Origin: Mobula hypostoma | Taxonomy: Eukaryota | Length of the DNA: 64,000 bases | Assembly (NCBI RefSeq): GCF_963921235.1 | Contig: NC_086104.1 | Span: 126,914,001-126,978,000 of the forward strand | Reading direction: 5' to 3' | Shown: piece by piece, positions 62,761 through 64,000 of the stretch | Layout: every line of letters begins with the position of its first letter | How positions within the stretch are numbered: the stretch's first letter is position 1 | The notes under the pieces: generated by a model | What the model was told of the DNA's origin: nothing | The model's database searches: none | The model's input: the letters and a program-made list of their open reading frames with translations, nothing else | Position numbers and translations under genes: made by a program

Positions 62761-64000
62761 GTTCCAACTGCTACAGTTTCCTAGCTCAGAGATCTTCAGT
62801 TTTATTTACCAGAGACTGTACATTTGCCAGCAAGATAGTCCACATTGGGAGTCAAAAACCTTGTTTTTTTAAATAAACAATTAGCCCACTGCGACGTCCT
62901 CACTTCCACCAACGTTTTACGGGATCAGTTCGCTGACCACAGTCCGATCTATTTCAGTTGATCCTAAGCAGCGATAGATCATTTAATCACATTAAAGCGT
63001 CATTACTAACTATACAGACCTAAGATGCAGTTGTGGTTCTCAGCCTTAGCAGGCTGAAACGGGAATACATGATCGTTTCCATCAAGCTGCCACTTCGAGT
63101 TGCCTTAATTAGTGCCCCAGAAGTAAAATATGGATGTGGAGGCTTTAGAGAGGGTGCAGAGGTGATTTATCAGGATGTCTTATGAGGATAGGTTGAGCGA
63201 GCTAGGGCATTTCACTTTTCTATTTGGAGAGAAGGAGGATGAGAGGTGCCTTGATAGAGGTGTACAAGATGATAAGAGGCATAGATCGAGACTTTTCCTA
63301 GGGCATAATTTTAAGGTGTTTGGAGGAAAGTATAGGTGGAATGTCAGAAGTAGATTTTTTTTAACAGAGAGTGGTAGGTGTGTAAAATGTGGTGCCAGAG
63401 GTGGTGCTAGAGGCAGATACATTAGGGCCATATAAGAGACTCTTGGATAGGCACATGGATGAAAGAGGAATAGAGGCATATGTCCAAAGGAATGGTTAGA
63501 TTAAAAGGCTGGCACAATATCAGGGCCTGGACTGTGCTGTATGCTCTATGTATTGCCAGAGGAAACTGTCCCGAATGCAATTGACAAATCCATCCCATCT
63601 AAGCTCCTAACAATATGGCATTTCTGGGCTATGTTAGGAAAGTTAAATTTCCTTATTATGAAAATCATTTTATTCTTGCAAATCACGATCTCGCTGCATA
63701 TGTGTTCCTCTAATTCCTGTTGACTATTTGGAGGCCAAAAGTATAACCCCAACAATTCCCTCCTTATTTCTCAGCTTCATCCATAAGACCTCGCTGGATT
63801 ATCCTCCGGTGATTTCATCTCTCACTCCTACCCTGATGTTCCCCTTAATCTAAAATGCCCCTCACCCTCCTCTTTCCTTCACCTCTGTCCTGTGTATAGC
63901 ACCTGTACTCTCTAACATTAAGTCCTTTCCCTCCTTTGGCCATGTTCCTATTACGACTGTAATATTCCAGTCCCACTGAGTTCAGGGCATGGACAACCAT

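Noticed and set aside
57536-64000. Terminal PRR19 exon or TMEM145 exons
   Set aside because: No recognisable coding similarity; the region is mostly CR1, Penelope and Rex1/L2 fragments. These exons may lie beyond the window or be too diverged to see by eye.

Overview
Vertebrate genomic DNA, very probably from a cartilaginous fish (ray or shark), judging by HE1/V-SINE-like, CR1, Rex1 and Penelope repeats and a fish-type 28S fragment. It is not prokaryotic. Three spliced protein-coding genes can be read. (1) The 5' part of MEGF8 on the - strand has nine coding exons from 22203 down to 1295, all GT-AG and phase-consistent, and continues off the left end. (2) PAFAH1B3 is complete on the - strand (five coding exons, 45584/45575 to 31900, SGNH/GDSL triad intact). 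(3) A large PRR19 coding exon on the + strand (~56624-57535) is transcribed head-to-head with PAFAH1B3 from a shared CpG-rich promoter at ~46.2-46.5 kb. The rest is dense, often nested, transposon debris: CR1, Rex1/L2-like, L1/Tx1, Nimb, Penelope, a degenerate Gypsy, solo LTRs, Tc1, hAT/Tigger MITEs and two minisatellites. The most unusual items are an ITS2/28S pre-rRNA fragment fused to a retroposon tail, a 129-bp fold-back LINE palindrome in a MEGF8 intron, a Penelope-type minimal hammerhead motif, and a gene order different from human 19q13.2. I found no convincing wholly new biological system. All homology calls come from remembered sequences and motifs, not database searches.
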